The notes under the pieces are model-generated. The model searched no databases. It saw only the letters and a list, made by a program, of their open reading frames with translations, and was not told the origin of the DNA. Positions 44,314 to 54,193 of a stretch of 64,000 nt of DNA are shown here, one piece after another. The first letter of the stretch is position 1; every line of letters begins with the position of its first letter. The translations under genes were made by a program, and so were the position numbers. Origin of the DNA: Acidobacteriota bacterium (GTDB lineage: Bacteria; Acidobacteriota; Terriglobia; Bryobacterales; Bryobacteraceae); the NCBI GenBank assembly GCA_018268835.1, contig JAFDVU010000006.1, forward strand, positions 3,961-67,960, written 5' to 3'.

Positions 44314-47019
44314 TCAGCGCTGCGGATTCTTCGGCAGGCTGATCAGGTTGGCGAAGATCCGGTAGGCGCCGGGCACACCTTCGGGCAGTTCGCGGTAAAA
44401 CGCGTATGCGTTGTAGACGTAGATCCCTTTGCCGTACCTGGCGTAGAGGAGGCCGCCCTTCTGCGGCTCCTGCCCTTCATCGTGGGTTTCGAGCAGCGCT
44501 TCGTAGTGCGGGTCCCAGGATTTCATCCACTTCGAGCCGCGTTCCTCTACCCAGCCGGTGAAATCCTTCTCGCTGATGCGGTTCGGCCACTTGAAGACTG
44601 GGTTCGACGGCGCCAGGATCTGCACCTTGGAAGCCTCGTCGGTGACCTCTTCCGGATTCGAGGTCATCGTGTAGGGATACGGGCCGAAGTTGTGATCGAA
44701 CTCCGGCGTGTTGTACTGCACGATAACGACACCGCCGTTCTTCACGTAGTCGAGCAGGCGGTTGTTGTACGTCGCCAACTCCGGGCGGGCGGCATAGGTA
44801 CGCACGCCGAGCAGAATCACGTCGTAGCGGCTGAGATCGCCGCTCGCAATATCAGCCGGCGCCAGAAAGCTCACTTTGATCCCCAGGTGTTCGAGCGAGT
44901 CCGGGACGTCATCGCCGCTTCCCATCACGTATCCGACCCGCAATCCGGACGCGACCTTTACGTCGACACCACTGGTCTTGTACGTGGACGACGTGTACAG
45001 GAAATAGGGCCGCAGTCCGCTGTAGCCGGTCACTTCGTAACCCTCGCGGTACTGCCGGCCTCCGAACTCGGCGACGGCCGTGATCGAGTACGGCTTCTCG
45101 CTCAGGTTGGCGGGAGTCACTGTGAAGGACAAGGCGAGATCCTCGCCGTCCTGTGTGGTAGAAAAGGGGATCGACGTCGGCTCCGACTTCCAGCCGGTGG
45201 GCAGATCGAGCCGCACGGTACCGGAGGCCGGACCTTTCACGTTGCTGTGAACCACTGTCTTCACCGCGAAGGTCTTCGCATCCAGCGGGACGATGCCGAA
45301 GCGGGGTGAAATCGAAATGCCGATCGTTGGAGCAACGACAAGGGGCTCCAGGACGGTTCCGAGGCCGTTCACGCGCTTCACCGTTTGCACGTACTGTCCG
45401 ATGCGAATGGGCGCGCCGTCGAAGCTCCAGTCCGCCCACGCCGCAATCGGGTACGGCGCGAGCGGCTGATTGAGGTAGCGCGCGTCGGTGATGTCGTAAT
45501 ACGACTGCTCGATATCGGGCCGGGTGAAGTACGGTCGTGTAAAGGCAACGTTATCCGGCACCTTTACGGTGAAGCGTGCATCCACCGGCTTGGCCGCGGC
45601 GTCCTCGGTTCGCTCCGCTGCCGCGGCAGGCGTGACCGTCCACGCTGGACCGTTGGTCGAGACCACGCTGAGCTTCTCCAGAACCGCGGGAGTGGTGCCC
45701 TGGTTGACCGCGTGGACCCTCACGCCGAATGTCTGCCCCGGAATCGCCACCCGGAAAGTCTCCGGGTCCCCGAGGAACTGCGCCATCCGCGGATTCGGCT
45801 CCTGATCGGGGGCCACAGACGCCGCGACCGAAAGTCCAAGCGATTGGGCGAGCGCACTGTTGAATTGGGTGCGTTTGATGTTCAGCTCATGGAGCAGGTC
45901 GTACTTCGAATCGTCAGAAAAGCTGCTCTTTTTCACGGCGGCGATGAGCGCGATCGTGTCCTTCATGCCTTGCGCCAGGGCGGGCGCGGAGCGTTCGGGA
46001 GCCGTGCCTGAGAACTTCGCGGTTGCGTCCTCCACGGCAGCGTTGATCCTGCGTAAGCCATCCGCCAGGAACGCGGAATCGCCGCCCTTCGCCAAGCCCA
46101 CAAGTCCCATCAAAGACGTATCGATCCCATCGAAGAAGTCCTTCTCCTTTTCCGGCACGGACACCGTGGAAGCGTACCGGTGATAGGTACTCGATACCTG
46201 TCCGGCCTTGGGGATGTTGGGACCGCCGTTTTGCGATTTCTGGTAGCCCAATCCCTGGCGGGAGATCTGCACGTAGGAAGCGCCCAGCATCGGATCGTAG
46301 CTGCCCTGGGGAACTTCCACGTTCACCGTGAGCGGGGCGCCGCCGGCCCTGGCGAAGAACGGTGCCCGCGCGTAGTCTTTTATGGGCGACCAGGGACGAA
46401 GGCCCTCACGAATCTGCTCCGGGAAAATGTTGGGATCGCCTGCCGCTCTGAACACGGCCTGCGCCATCGCGCCGGCGGTCTGGTGATTACCGTGACCATC
46501 GCTGGGACCGCCGACGAACACCGAGGTGATCACCAGCGGCCGGACCATGCGGACCACTCGCACCACGTCGGCGAGCACCCGGTCGCGGGTCCAGTGATTG
46601 ATCGATTCGGCCATGGTCTTCGAGAAGCCGTAGTCGACCACTCGCGTCCAGTATTGTTCCACGCCGTAGTAGCGGTCGGCAGCGAGCAACTCCTCGGTGC
46701 GGACGAGTCCGAGGGCGTCGAAGTAATCCGGCGACATGACGTTCGCGCCGCCCTCGCCACGGTTGAGGGTGAGCAGTGTGACGCGCGTTCCCTTGCCGCG
46801 CGATTCGTACGCGAGCATGCCGCCATCCTCATCGTCCGGATGAGCCGTAATCATGATCAGGCTGGCCCTGGTGTGGAGTTTCTTCAGGCTCTGCCAGAGC
46901 GCCGTGGATCCCCGGTTTGGCGGAATCTCCAGCGCCACCACGGACGGCTGGATGGAGGTGTCGTAAGGGGTCTGGGCAAAAACAGGTACGGCCAAGAGAA
47001 GGGCAAGAAGGAGTTTCAT
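44314..47019 (-). CDS. Secreted PIG-L/LmbE-family deacetylase domain protein (901 aa, multidomain)
   Basis: Signal peptide MKLLLALLLAVPVFAQ. IMITAHPDDEDGGMLAY ... VTLLTLNRGEGG ... HGNHQTAG are PIG-L zinc-site motifs. The C-terminal YDVILLGVRTYAARPEL ... NGGVVIVQYN resembles a ThuA/GATase-like fold. Confidence 0.8.
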   Translation of the reverse strand: MKLLLALLLAVPVFAQTPYDTSIQPSVVALEIPPNRGSTALWQSLKKLHTRASLIMITAHPDDEDGGMLAYESRGKGTRVTLLTLNRGEGGANVMSPDYFDALGLVRTEELLAADRYYGVEQYWTRVVDYGFSKTMAESINHWTRDRVLADVVRVVRMVRPLVITSVFVGGPSDGHGNHQTAGAMAQAVFRAAGDPNIFPEQIREGLRPWSPIKDYARAPFFARAGGAPLTVNVEVPQGSYDPMLGASYVQISRQGLGYQKSQNGGPNIPKAGQVSSTYHRYASTVSVPEKEKDFFDGIDTSLMGLVGLAKGGDSAFLADGLRRINAAVEDATAKFSGTAPERSAPALAQGMKDTIALIAAVKKSSFSDDSKYDLLHELNIKRTQFNSALAQSLGLSVAASVAPDQEPNPRMAQFLGDPETFRVAIPGQTFGVRVHAVNQGTTPAVLEKLSVVSTNGPAWTVTPAAAAERTEDAAAKPVDARFTVKVPDNVAFTRPYFTRPDIEQSYYDITDARYLNQPLAPYPIAAWADWSFDGAPIRIGQYVQTVKRVNGLGTVLEPLVVAPTIGISISPRFGIVPLDAKTFAVKTVVHSNVKGPASGTVRLDLPTGWKSEPTSIPFSTTQDGEDLALSFTVTPANLSEKPYSITAVAEFGGRQYREGYEVTGYSGLRPYFLYTSSTYKTSGVDVKVASGLRVGYVMGSGDDVPDSLEHLGIKVSFLAPADIASGDLSRYDVILLGVRTYAARPELATYNNRLLDYVKNGGVVIVQYNTPEFDHNFGPYPYTMTSNPEEVTDEASKVQILAPSNPVFKWPNRISEKDFTGWVEERGSKWMKSWDPHYEALLETHDEGQEPQKGGLLYARYGKGIYVYNAYAFYRELPEGVPGAYRIFANLISLPKNPQR

Positions 47020-47073
47020 AAATCGACCCTGCTGGTGGAGGCGGGCCGAAGCGAAACCGGCCCGCCTCGCCGT

Positions 47074-50000
47074 TCAGAAATACAACTTGAGGGCAAATTG
47101 AATCTCTCTCGGATCGGTCACGGTGCTGAACGTCTTTCCGAAAGAGCCGAGCGCCGAAGCTGCCACGCTGGCGTTCGGATTGTTGAAGTTCGCGTGATTC
47201 CACGCGTTGAAGAACTCCGTGCGGAACTCAACATTCCAGCTTTCACGGATCGGGAATCGCTTGAACAGGCTCAGGTCTACGTCCTGGATTCCGGGCCCGT
47301 GGAACGCGCGCGGCGCACAGGTCCCGAAGGTCCCGGTCGCCGGAATCGCGAACGCGGCCGGGTTGAGGAAAAAGCCGGTCGCGCCGCTCCCGACGAACTG
47401 CGAGCGGTCACTGGTCGCCCCGGAATACGGATCTCCGGTACAGTTGGCGCGGCTGGCGTGGCTGCCTCCGGTCTGGCTCACGTCGGGCGCCGTAACGGTG
47501 AACGGTGTGCCGGTTTCCATGGTGACGATCGTATTCAGTTGCCACCCGCCGATCATCCGGCTGGCCAGGCTGTTGTTGTTGAGCACGGCGCCACCCTTCC
47601 CAACCGGTAAATCCCACACCGCGTTCGCCACGAACCGCTGGGTTACATCGAAAGGTGAGTTGCTCCGCTCGAGGCTGTAGTTGTAGGCAGTCGCCGGAGT
47701 CGATCCGCCCGTCAGATTGTCGACATAGTCGGAGAAGTTGTGGCTCCAGGTATAGCTGACGCCGTAGGAGAGACGCTTGGAGAAGCGTCGCCGCAGCGAT
47801 ACCAGCAGGCCGTTGTAGTTGGTGTTCCCATCGTTGGTGGCCAGTTCCAGGAACGCGTGGTTGCCGCTGGTGGAGTTCAGCGTGCTGTTGAGGTTCGCGT
47901 AAGGGAATATTGTGATCGGCCGGCCGGCCGGATCGAAGCCCGTCACCAGTCCCTGGTTCGCATTGCGCAGGCGATTCATTTTGCGGCCGAAGTTGCCCAC
48001 GTAGGAGATCTCGAGCACGGTGCTCTCCGAGATCTCGAACTGCGGACCGAAACTGACCTGGTGAACGTAGCCGCTGCGCTCGTTGGGATCCTGTGCCCGC
48101 ACCTGGAGCTTGGTCAAATCCACCAGAGCCGGGGTGAACTGCGCGGACGGGAAGCCGCTCTTCAGCTGGAACGCGGGCGTCGTGCTGCCGAGCGTCTGCG
48201 ACAGCGACCCGTCGATCAGCCACGGAGGATTCAGCGCCAGCATGCTCTCCGACCCGATCCGCACGATGTGCTGGTAGAAGACGCCGTAGCCGCCGCGCAG
48301 CACTACTTTCTGCATCGGCTGCCAACTGAACCCGACCCGCGGTGCAAAGTCGTTCATGTCGGGGTGAACCAGTCCGCGCGAGTACCAGTCGCCTTCCTTG
48401 GCGGTTACGAATCCTCCGCCATTCGCAGGTGTGAAGTTCGAGAGTGCGTTCTGGTGGTTCAGGATCGGCGAGAACAGTTCGTACCGGAGGCCGTAAGTCA
48501 GGGTGAAGTTTCCGCTGACGCGCCAGATGTCCTGCGCGAAGAAGTTGTTCGAGTCCTGGTAATTGTGGACCACGGTCGGCGTCGTGAAGGCCGCTGTACT
48601 GATGTCACCGAGCAGGAAATCCGGCACGCCAAGTCCGCTGTTTCCGCTGTAGATTCCGCTTGCCGTAATCTGGCCCTGCGGCGACTGGATATCGAGGAAG
48701 TTGTCGCTCGTGTGCCGGTGCTCGTAGCCGAACTTGAGGCTGTGGTTGCCCTTGAGCCAGCTCAGCGTGTCCAGTAACTGCCACACCTGCGAAACCTGAA
48801 ACTGCGGCCGCCAGGGCGACGATCCCAGCCGCTGCAACCCGCTGATGTTGATGGGCGGGATGCCCGCATCGTTCGGTCCGGCGGGGATACCGGTGAGGCC
48901 GTACGTGCTCGCCTGCGACGTGCCGAGCGTCAGCCCGATGGGATCGCTGTGCGCGTAGTCGCGGCTGAAGCCGGCGCGAAGCTCATTCAGCATCGACGGC
49001 TTCACGATGTCGGTCCAGGCCAGGGCCAGGGATTTGCCGCGAATCCGGTACTGCGTGGCAAAGTTCCCGTTGCCCGCGATCGGGTCGCCGGTCCACGGCG
49101 GATCCTGGCGGTCCACCTGGTAGTCGCTGAAGCGTCCGAACAGCCGGCTGTTGGGAGTGAAGTTGTGATCGATGCGGGTGTCCCAGGAGAAGGTGTCGTT
49201 CGGAACCGAATACTGAAACTGGTAGTTCGGCGATCCGGTCCAACTGCCGGGTTGCCCCTGCCGCACCACCGCACCCGGGATGTTGGGGTTCGGGTACAAC
49301 GCCAGCAGCTTGGATCCGACCGGATCGATGCACGCAGGTGCGATGATGTTGCCGGTAATGCATCCGTTCTGGCTAGGGACGGTCGGATTTGCCAGGGCGG
49401 CCTTGAGTTCCGTGAAGTTACCCTGCTTCATCAACGGCGTCGGGACGGTCGTGTTCACGGTGGTCGCTTTCCGGCTGGTAAGGTCTTGCGCATCGAAGAA
49501 GAAAAATGTCCGGTTCTTGATGATCGGACCGCCGATTGTGCCGCCGAACTGGTTCTGGCTGAAGTGTCCGCGCGGAACGCCGCCGGCGTTGTTGAAAAAG
49601 CTGTTCGAATCGAACTTGTTGTTTCGGAGGAACTCCCAAACATCGCCGTGGATGGCGTTGGCCCCGCTCTTAATCGAGGCGTTGATCACGGCGCCCGCCG
49701 AGGTCCCGAATTCGGCGGAGTAGGTGCGGGTTTGCACGCGGAACTCCTGCAGCGCATCCGGCGGCGGTTGCACAGTCTGCACGGAGCCCTCCTGCAGGTT
49801 CGTGGAGCCCGAGTTGTTGTCGATGCCGTCCAGCGAGAAGTAGTTCTGCGTTTCCAGGTTGCCGTTCGAACTGAATCGGTCGGGCGCCTGGTTGTTGGGA
49901 TTCGTCACGTTCTTCTGCATCCCGGCTTCGAGCAACGCAAGGTCCGCATACCGGCGCCCGTTCAGCGGTAGGTCCTTAATCTGCTTCTCCTGGACCACGC

Positions 50001-50427
50001 CTCCCACATCCGCGGTTTGCGTCTGAAGAACGGTACCTGAGGCCTGCACCTCGACGGTCTCCGTGACTGCACCGACCTTCAGGCTGAAATCCACGGATGG
50101 TCTCGACTGCACATGCAGTTGAATGTCATTCTGAGCCTGCGATCCGAAGCCGGACGCCGTCACCCGAACCGAATAGGTCCCCGGCGGCAGCGCGGTGAAC
50201 TGATACTCACCGGCCTCGTTGGTGGTTGTGGTCCGCCTGACGCCGGTTGCCGAGTTCGTCAACTCGACCGTGGCCTTCGGCACCGCTCCTCCGCTTGCAT
50301 CTCGAACCGTTCCTACGATGGCGCCGGTATCGATCTGCGCGGCTCCTGGCTTCACCGCCAAACAAAGAAAAGCGAAAACGCTGAGTACCCGCACCATGGT
50401 CAGTACGGGCAAGTTCCTGATCGTCAT
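47074..50427 (-). CDS. TonB-dependent outer-membrane receptor with CarboxypepD_reg domain
   Basis: GTVRDASGGAVPKATVELTNSATGVRRTTTTNEAGEYQFTALPPGTYSVRV, then the plug QEKQIKDLPLNGRRYADLA. The C-terminal end is FALKLYF. It belongs to the same family as 18673..21672. Confidence 0.85.
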   Translation of the reverse strand: MTIRNLPVLTMVRVLSVFAFLCLAVKPGAAQIDTGAIVGTVRDASGGAVPKATVELTNSATGVRRTTTTNEAGEYQFTALPPGTYSVRVTASGFGSQAQNDIQLHVQSRPSVDFSLKVGAVTETVEVQASGTVLQTQTADVGGVVQEKQIKDLPLNGRRYADLALLEAGMQKNVTNPNNQAPDRFSSNGNLETQNYFSLDGIDNNSGSTNLQEGSVQTVQPPPDALQEFRVQTRTYSAEFGTSAGAVINASIKSGANAIHGDVWEFLRNNKFDSNSFFNNAGGVPRGHFSQNQFGGTIGGPIIKNRTFFFFDAQDLTSRKATTVNTTVPTPLMKQGNFTELKAALANPTVPSQNGCITGNIIAPACIDPVGSKLLALYPNPNIPGAVVRQGQPGSWTGSPNYQFQYSVPNDTFSWDTRIDHNFTPNSRLFGRFSDYQVDRQDPPWTGDPIAGNGNFATQYRIRGKSLALAWTDIVKPSMLNELRAGFSRDYAHSDPIGLTLGTSQASTYGLTGIPAGPNDAGIPPINISGLQRLGSSPWRPQFQVSQVWQLLDTLSWLKGNHSLKFGYEHRHTSDNFLDIQSPQGQITASGIYSGNSGLGVPDFLLGDISTAAFTTPTVVHNYQDSNNFFAQDIWRVSGNFTLTYGLRYELFSPILNHQNALSNFTPANGGGFVTAKEGDWYSRGLVHPDMNDFAPRVGFSWQPMQKVVLRGGYGVFYQHIVRIGSESMLALNPPWLIDGSLSQTLGSTTPAFQLKSGFPSAQFTPALVDLTKLQVRAQDPNERSGYVHQVSFGPQFEISESTVLEISYVGNFGRKMNRLRNANQGLVTGFDPAGRPITIFPYANLNSTLNSTSGNHAFLELATNDGNTNYNGLLVSLRRRFSKRLSYGVSYTWSHNFSDYVDNLTGGSTPATAYNYSLERSNSPFDVTQRFVANAVWDLPVGKGGAVLNNNSLASRMIGGWQLNTIVTMETGTPFTVTAPDVSQTGGSHASRANCTGDPYSGATSDRSQFVGSGATGFFLNPAAFAIPATGTFGTCAPRAFHGPGIQDVDLSLFKRFPIRESWNVEFRTEFFNAWNHANFNNPNASVAASALGSFGKTFSTVTDPREIQFALKLYF

Positions 50428-50532
50428 GGTTCCCCTCGCGATGCGCCGAATTATATCGCAGTCGGTGCGGATTGTGAAAAGAAAAGGTGCAAAATGTACA
50501 CTGATGGAGGAAGTGATTCAGATCTACCGTCG

Positions 50533-52335
50533 ATGTCGACAATGAAGCGCACCCGCCGCAGTCTGCTCCGCCTGCTGCCGTTCCTCTCCTGCCGGCTCTC
50601 GGGACAGGGGATGGCGACTCGCGGGGTAAGGCCTGCACCACGCGGTAAGCCTTCTGGCCTGCCGTTTCGCGCGAAGTTTACCGACGTTGCCCGGGCGGCC
50701 GGTCTGCGTGAGCCGGTGATCTGCGGCGAGGTCGATCACAAGACGTACATCCTCGAGACCATCGGCTGCGGCGCTGCCTTCTTCGACTACGACAACGACG
50801 GCTGGCTAGACGTCCTCATTTTGAGCGGCACGCGACTTTCGGGTTCGTCCGCGACCAATCGCCTGTATAAGAACAATCGGGATGGAACCTTCACCGATGT
50901 CACCGAGAAGGCCGGCCTTCATCGCTCGGGATGGGCCTCCGCAGTGACGGTCGGCGACTATAACAACGACGGCTTCGACGACCTCTTCATCACGGGATAC
51001 GGCCACAATGTTCTCTACCGGAACAACGGTGACGGAACCTTCACCGATGTCACCAAAGGGGCCGGCCTGCTGCACGACAAGCCTCGTTGGGGCTCCGGCT
51101 GTACCTTTCTCGACTACGACCGCAACGGTCTTCTCGATCTCTTCATTGCCAGCTATGTGGACTTCGACCTGCAGACCGCGCCGAAACCGGGAAGCGAGTC
51201 CTACTGCAACTGGAACGGAATCCCGGTCCACTGCGGCCCGCGTGGGCTTCCCACCGGCACGCCGATGCTCTATCGGAATAACGGCGACGACACGTTTACG
51301 GACGTCAGCGTCGCCTCGGGTGTGGCGAAGTCGACGGGCAGCTACATGATGACCGCGGTAGCCGCGGATTTCGATAACGACGGCTGGCCTGACATCTATG
51401 TCGCCTGCGACTCAACGCCTAGCTTTCTGTTTCGCAACAATCGGGACGGCACCTTCACCGAAACCGGAATGATCCGGGGCGTAGCGCTGAGCGAGGACGG
51501 CAATCCGCAGGCCGGCATGGGCCTGGGAATCGGCGACTACAATCTCGACGGTAGCCTCGACATCCTCAAGACGCACTTCTCGGACGACACCAGCATCCTG
51601 TTCCGCAACGACGGCAGGGGTTCGTTCGATGGCGTGACTGAGATGACTGGACTCGGGGTGGAAACGCGCTTCGTCGGCTGGGGCGCCGGTATGACGGACC
51701 TGGACAACGACGGCCTGCCCGATCTGCTGATCGTGACGGGTGGCGTATTTCCGGAAGTCGCGCGCCAGTTGCCGCGCTACCCGATGGAGACTCCGCGCGT
51801 AGTTTTTCGGAATCTGGGCAGCGGCAGGTTCGAGGAGTTGATCGACGAAGCAGGACCGGGAATTACGGCACCTCACTGCAGCCGCGGATGCGCCTTCGGT
51901 GATTTCGATAATGATGGCGACGTGGACGTGCTGGTCGTAAACCTGAACGAGCCACCCTCGTTGCTGCGCAACGACGTGACAGGCGGAAACCACTGGCTGA
52001 AAGTGAAGCTGATCGGCGTCAAGTCGAACCGCAGCGCCATCGGAGCCCGCGTCACGGTGCGCTATGGGGACCGCGTGCAGGCCCAGGAGGTGCTGAGTCA
52101 GGCGAGTTTCTACTCAGTGAACGACTTCCGGCTTCATTTCGGTCTCGGCCTAGCGGAGCGGGTGGACCTGGAAATTCGTTGGCCCAGCGGGACGAAGGAA
52201 TCGATCGCAAAGGTCGCGGCCGACCGGCTGATCGTGATCCGGGAAGGCGAAGGGATCGTTCGAACGGAAAGGTTCGGCGGGAACGCCCAAGCTAGAGTCG
52301 GCGACCAAACGAGTGTGACCAGGTTCAGGAAGTAA
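50533..52335 (+). CDS. CRTAC1/ASPIC-UnbV family protein with FG-GAP/VCBS-type repeats
   Basis: Internal ATG at 50533 or 50542 (MSTMKRTRRSLLRLLPF, Tat/Sec-like). FDYDNDGWLDVL, GDYNNDGFDDLF, DFDNDGWPDIY, DLDNDGLPDLL and DFDNDGDVDVL are repeat units. The C-terminal UnbV-like part includes IGARVTVRYGDRVQAQEV. Confidence 0.85.
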   Translation: MSTMKRTRRSLLRLLPFLSCRLSGQGMATRGVRPAPRGKPSGLPFRAKFTDVARAAGLREPVICGEVDHKTYILETIGCGAAFFDYDNDGWLDVLILSGTRLSGSSATNRLYKNNRDGTFTDVTEKAGLHRSGWASAVTVGDYNNDGFDDLFITGYGHNVLYRNNGDGTFTDVTKGAGLLHDKPRWGSGCTFLDYDRNGLLDLFIASYVDFDLQTAPKPGSESYCNWNGIPVHCGPRGLPTGTPMLYRNNGDDTFTDVSVASGVAKSTGSYMMTAVAADFDNDGWPDIYVACDSTPSFLFRNNRDGTFTETGMIRGVALSEDGNPQAGMGLGIGDYNLDGSLDILKTHFSDDTSILFRNDGRGSFDGVTEMTGLGVETRFVGWGAGMTDLDNDGLPDLLIVTGGVFPEVARQLPRYPMETPRVVFRNLGSGRFEELIDEAGPGITAPHCSRGCAFGDFDNDGDVDVLVVNLNEPPSLLRNDVTGGNHWLKVKLIGVKSNRSAIGARVTVRYGDRVQAQEVLSQASFYSVNDFRLHFGLGLAERVDLEIRWPSGTKESIAKVAADRLIVIREGEGIVRTERFGGNAQARVGDQTSVTRFRK

Positions 52336-52586
52336 CCAGGTCGGACCGGACCAGCCAGAGCGGGCCGTCACGGGGCGAACGAGATGGACGACGGTGAGTC
52401 TGACGTTCCATTCTCGCGTTGGAGTCTCAGCCTGCGGATCGGCATAGTCCAGCGAACCCCTCGAGTCGGCAGTAGAGGGAGTGCACAACTTGATGCGAAT
52501 TTCAAATGACTGACCACAGCAAAGCAACCGTAGGAGAACCACACGGACGCCGGGGGAGAGTCAATCCTGTCGAGCCTGAGTTTTCC

Positions 52587-52645
52587 CCCGCACAATCCCG
52601 CAGAATTCTCAAAAGGCGCGAAAATCCCGCACAATTCCCGCGAAT
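52587..52645 (+). repeat. Cluster A of a 10-bp motif CCCGCRNAAT (4 units, two tandem pairs)
   Basis: cccgcacaat (52587), cccgcagaat (52597), cccgcacaat (52626), cccgcgaat (52637). The cluster ends 66 bp before the tRNA-fragment repeat. Confidence 0.85.
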
Positions 52646-52711
52646 GAAAAACCCTGTCCCGCGCGTAAGTATCTGAGAATCAACACCCACACACGCCAAG
52701 GGGCCCCCTGG

Positions 52712-52762
52712 GCTTGCTTGGGGTGCAAGAGGTCCCGGGTTCAAATCTCGGCGGCCCGACCA
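52712..52762 (+). repeat. 51-nt direct copy of the 3' half of tRNA-Pro(GGG) (att-like)
   Basis: 52712-52762 equals 21790-21840 (anticodon stem through CCA) with a single difference (a at 21816 versus g at 52738). The upstream sequence has no matching acceptor or D arm, so it is not a tRNA gene. Confidence 0.9.
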
Positions 52763-52844
52763 TCTTTTCAACGCATTATAAAAGGGCGCCCCTTTCGAGG
52801 TAGGCTTTGAGCGTCGAACTCAGCCCACGGAAAGGAGCACCCTT

Positions 52845-53912
52845 ATGGACAGCAAGAAGTATATTGGCATGGACGTCCATCAGGCAACCGTCTCGATTGC
52901 CGTTATGGATTCGGGCGGCAAGGTGGTGATGGACTCGGTAATCGAAACCAAGGCGGCTACCATCCTGGGGTTCATCCAGGGAGTGCGCGGAACGCTATCG
53001 GTGACATTCGAGGAAGGTACCAGTACGGCCTGGCTGTACGACCTCTTGAAACCGCACGTCACCAAGGTGGTGGTTTGCGATCCGCGAAAAAACGCGCTCC
53101 TGAAGGCCGGCAACAAGAATGATCGAATCGATGCCCGCAAGCTCGCCGACTTGTTGCGGAGCGGACTCCTCTCGCCGGTCTACCACGGAGGGGCGGGCGT
53201 ACGTACGCTGAAAGAACTGGCGCGCAGCTACCTGACAATCACGAAGGATCTGACGCGGGTGAGGAATCGGATCAAGGGCATGTATCGAAGCTGGGCCATT
53301 CCCTGTGCCGGTCAAAAGGTGTATTCTCCGCGGTACCGCAGTGCGTGGTTGACGCAACTGACGGAAGTGGGGGTGCGGCGCCGGGCGGAGTGGTTGTATC
53401 GACAACTGGACGATCTGCAACCACTACGCCGAGAAGCGCGGCAACAGCTGCTGGCAGAGAGCCACAAGCACCCCGCGCACACTGTGCTCCGCCAGGTTCC
53501 CTGGCTGGGCCCGATCCGGGTTGCCCTCCTGATTGCGTTGATTCAGACACCACATCGGTTCCGGACCAAACGGCAACTCTGGGCATACAGTGGGTTGGCC
53601 CTGCAGACGCGAGTCAGCGGCGAATATCGCATGACGGACGGCCAACTGCAGCGTGCCAAGAGACAGCCGTCCCTGCGCGGTCTCAATCAGAATCACAACC
53701 ATGAGCTGAAAGCTCTGTTCAAGAGCACCGCCACGCGGGCCAGCACCGCGGCCGGCCCTTTCGGAGACTTCTATGCCGCCTTGCTGGCCACGGGGATGAG
53801 GCCTACGATGGCCCGTCTGACCGTGGCCCGCAAGATCGCGGCCATCGTTTTGACCATTTGGAAGAAAGGAGAGCCGTTCGATCCACAACAGCTGAAACGG
53901 CAAGCAGCTTGA
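52845..53912 (+). CDS. IS110-family (DEDD) transposase
   Basis: AAGGAG lies 7 nt before the ATG. YIGMDVHQATVSIAVMD is the N-terminal DEDD start. NKNDRIDARKLADLL is present. The C-terminal Transposase_20-like part is WAYSGLALQTRVSG ... ARLTVARKIAAIVLTIWKKGEPFD. Element ends were not defined. Confidence 0.85.
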   Translation: MDSKKYIGMDVHQATVSIAVMDSGGKVVMDSVIETKAATILGFIQGVRGTLSVTFEEGTSTAWLYDLLKPHVTKVVVCDPRKNALLKAGNKNDRIDARKLADLLRSGLLSPVYHGGAGVRTLKELARSYLTITKDLTRVRNRIKGMYRSWAIPCAGQKVYSPRYRSAWLTQLTEVGVRRRAEWLYRQLDDLQPLRREARQQLLAESHKHPAHTVLRQVPWLGPIRVALLIALIQTPHRFRTKRQLWAYSGLALQTRVSGEYRMTDGQLQRAKRQPSLRGLNQNHNHELKALFKSTATRASTAAGPFGDFYAALLATGMRPTMARLTVARKIAAIVLTIWKKGEPFDPQQLKRQAA

Positions 53913-54193
53913 GTGTCTGAGCAGAGCCGATACCACCCCAGGGTCTTCCTGCCGCTGGCCTGTCGGATTTGCCAAACGCTCGGGTTCGAGGGCGAGTATC
54001 TATTAAGTTGTTAGGCGCAGGGTGTGCACTTATGCACCGAGTCTCTGTTTCAATCGTATGCCCCCTCGGACAACCCAAGAAAGCCATAGGCCCCGAGCCT
54101 CAAATAGAATCATGGTTGGCACCCTCCATCCGCATTGCTTGTTGCGTTTCAGGATTCGACGCGCCGCGCTCCCTTTCCCTCTTGCCATCCTCG

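Noticed and set aside
52681-52762. A second tRNA-Pro gene
   Set aside because: Only the 3' 51 nt match. The 5' side (acacgccaaggggccccctgg) cannot form the acceptor or D arms, so I call it an att-like fragment.
52502-52771. ORF 52502..52771 (-), and the similar start of 21007..21852 (-), sharing WSGRRDLNxGPLAPQAS
   Set aside because: The shared peptide is simply the antisense translation of the tRNA-Pro 3' half. It is not a protein-coding paralog.
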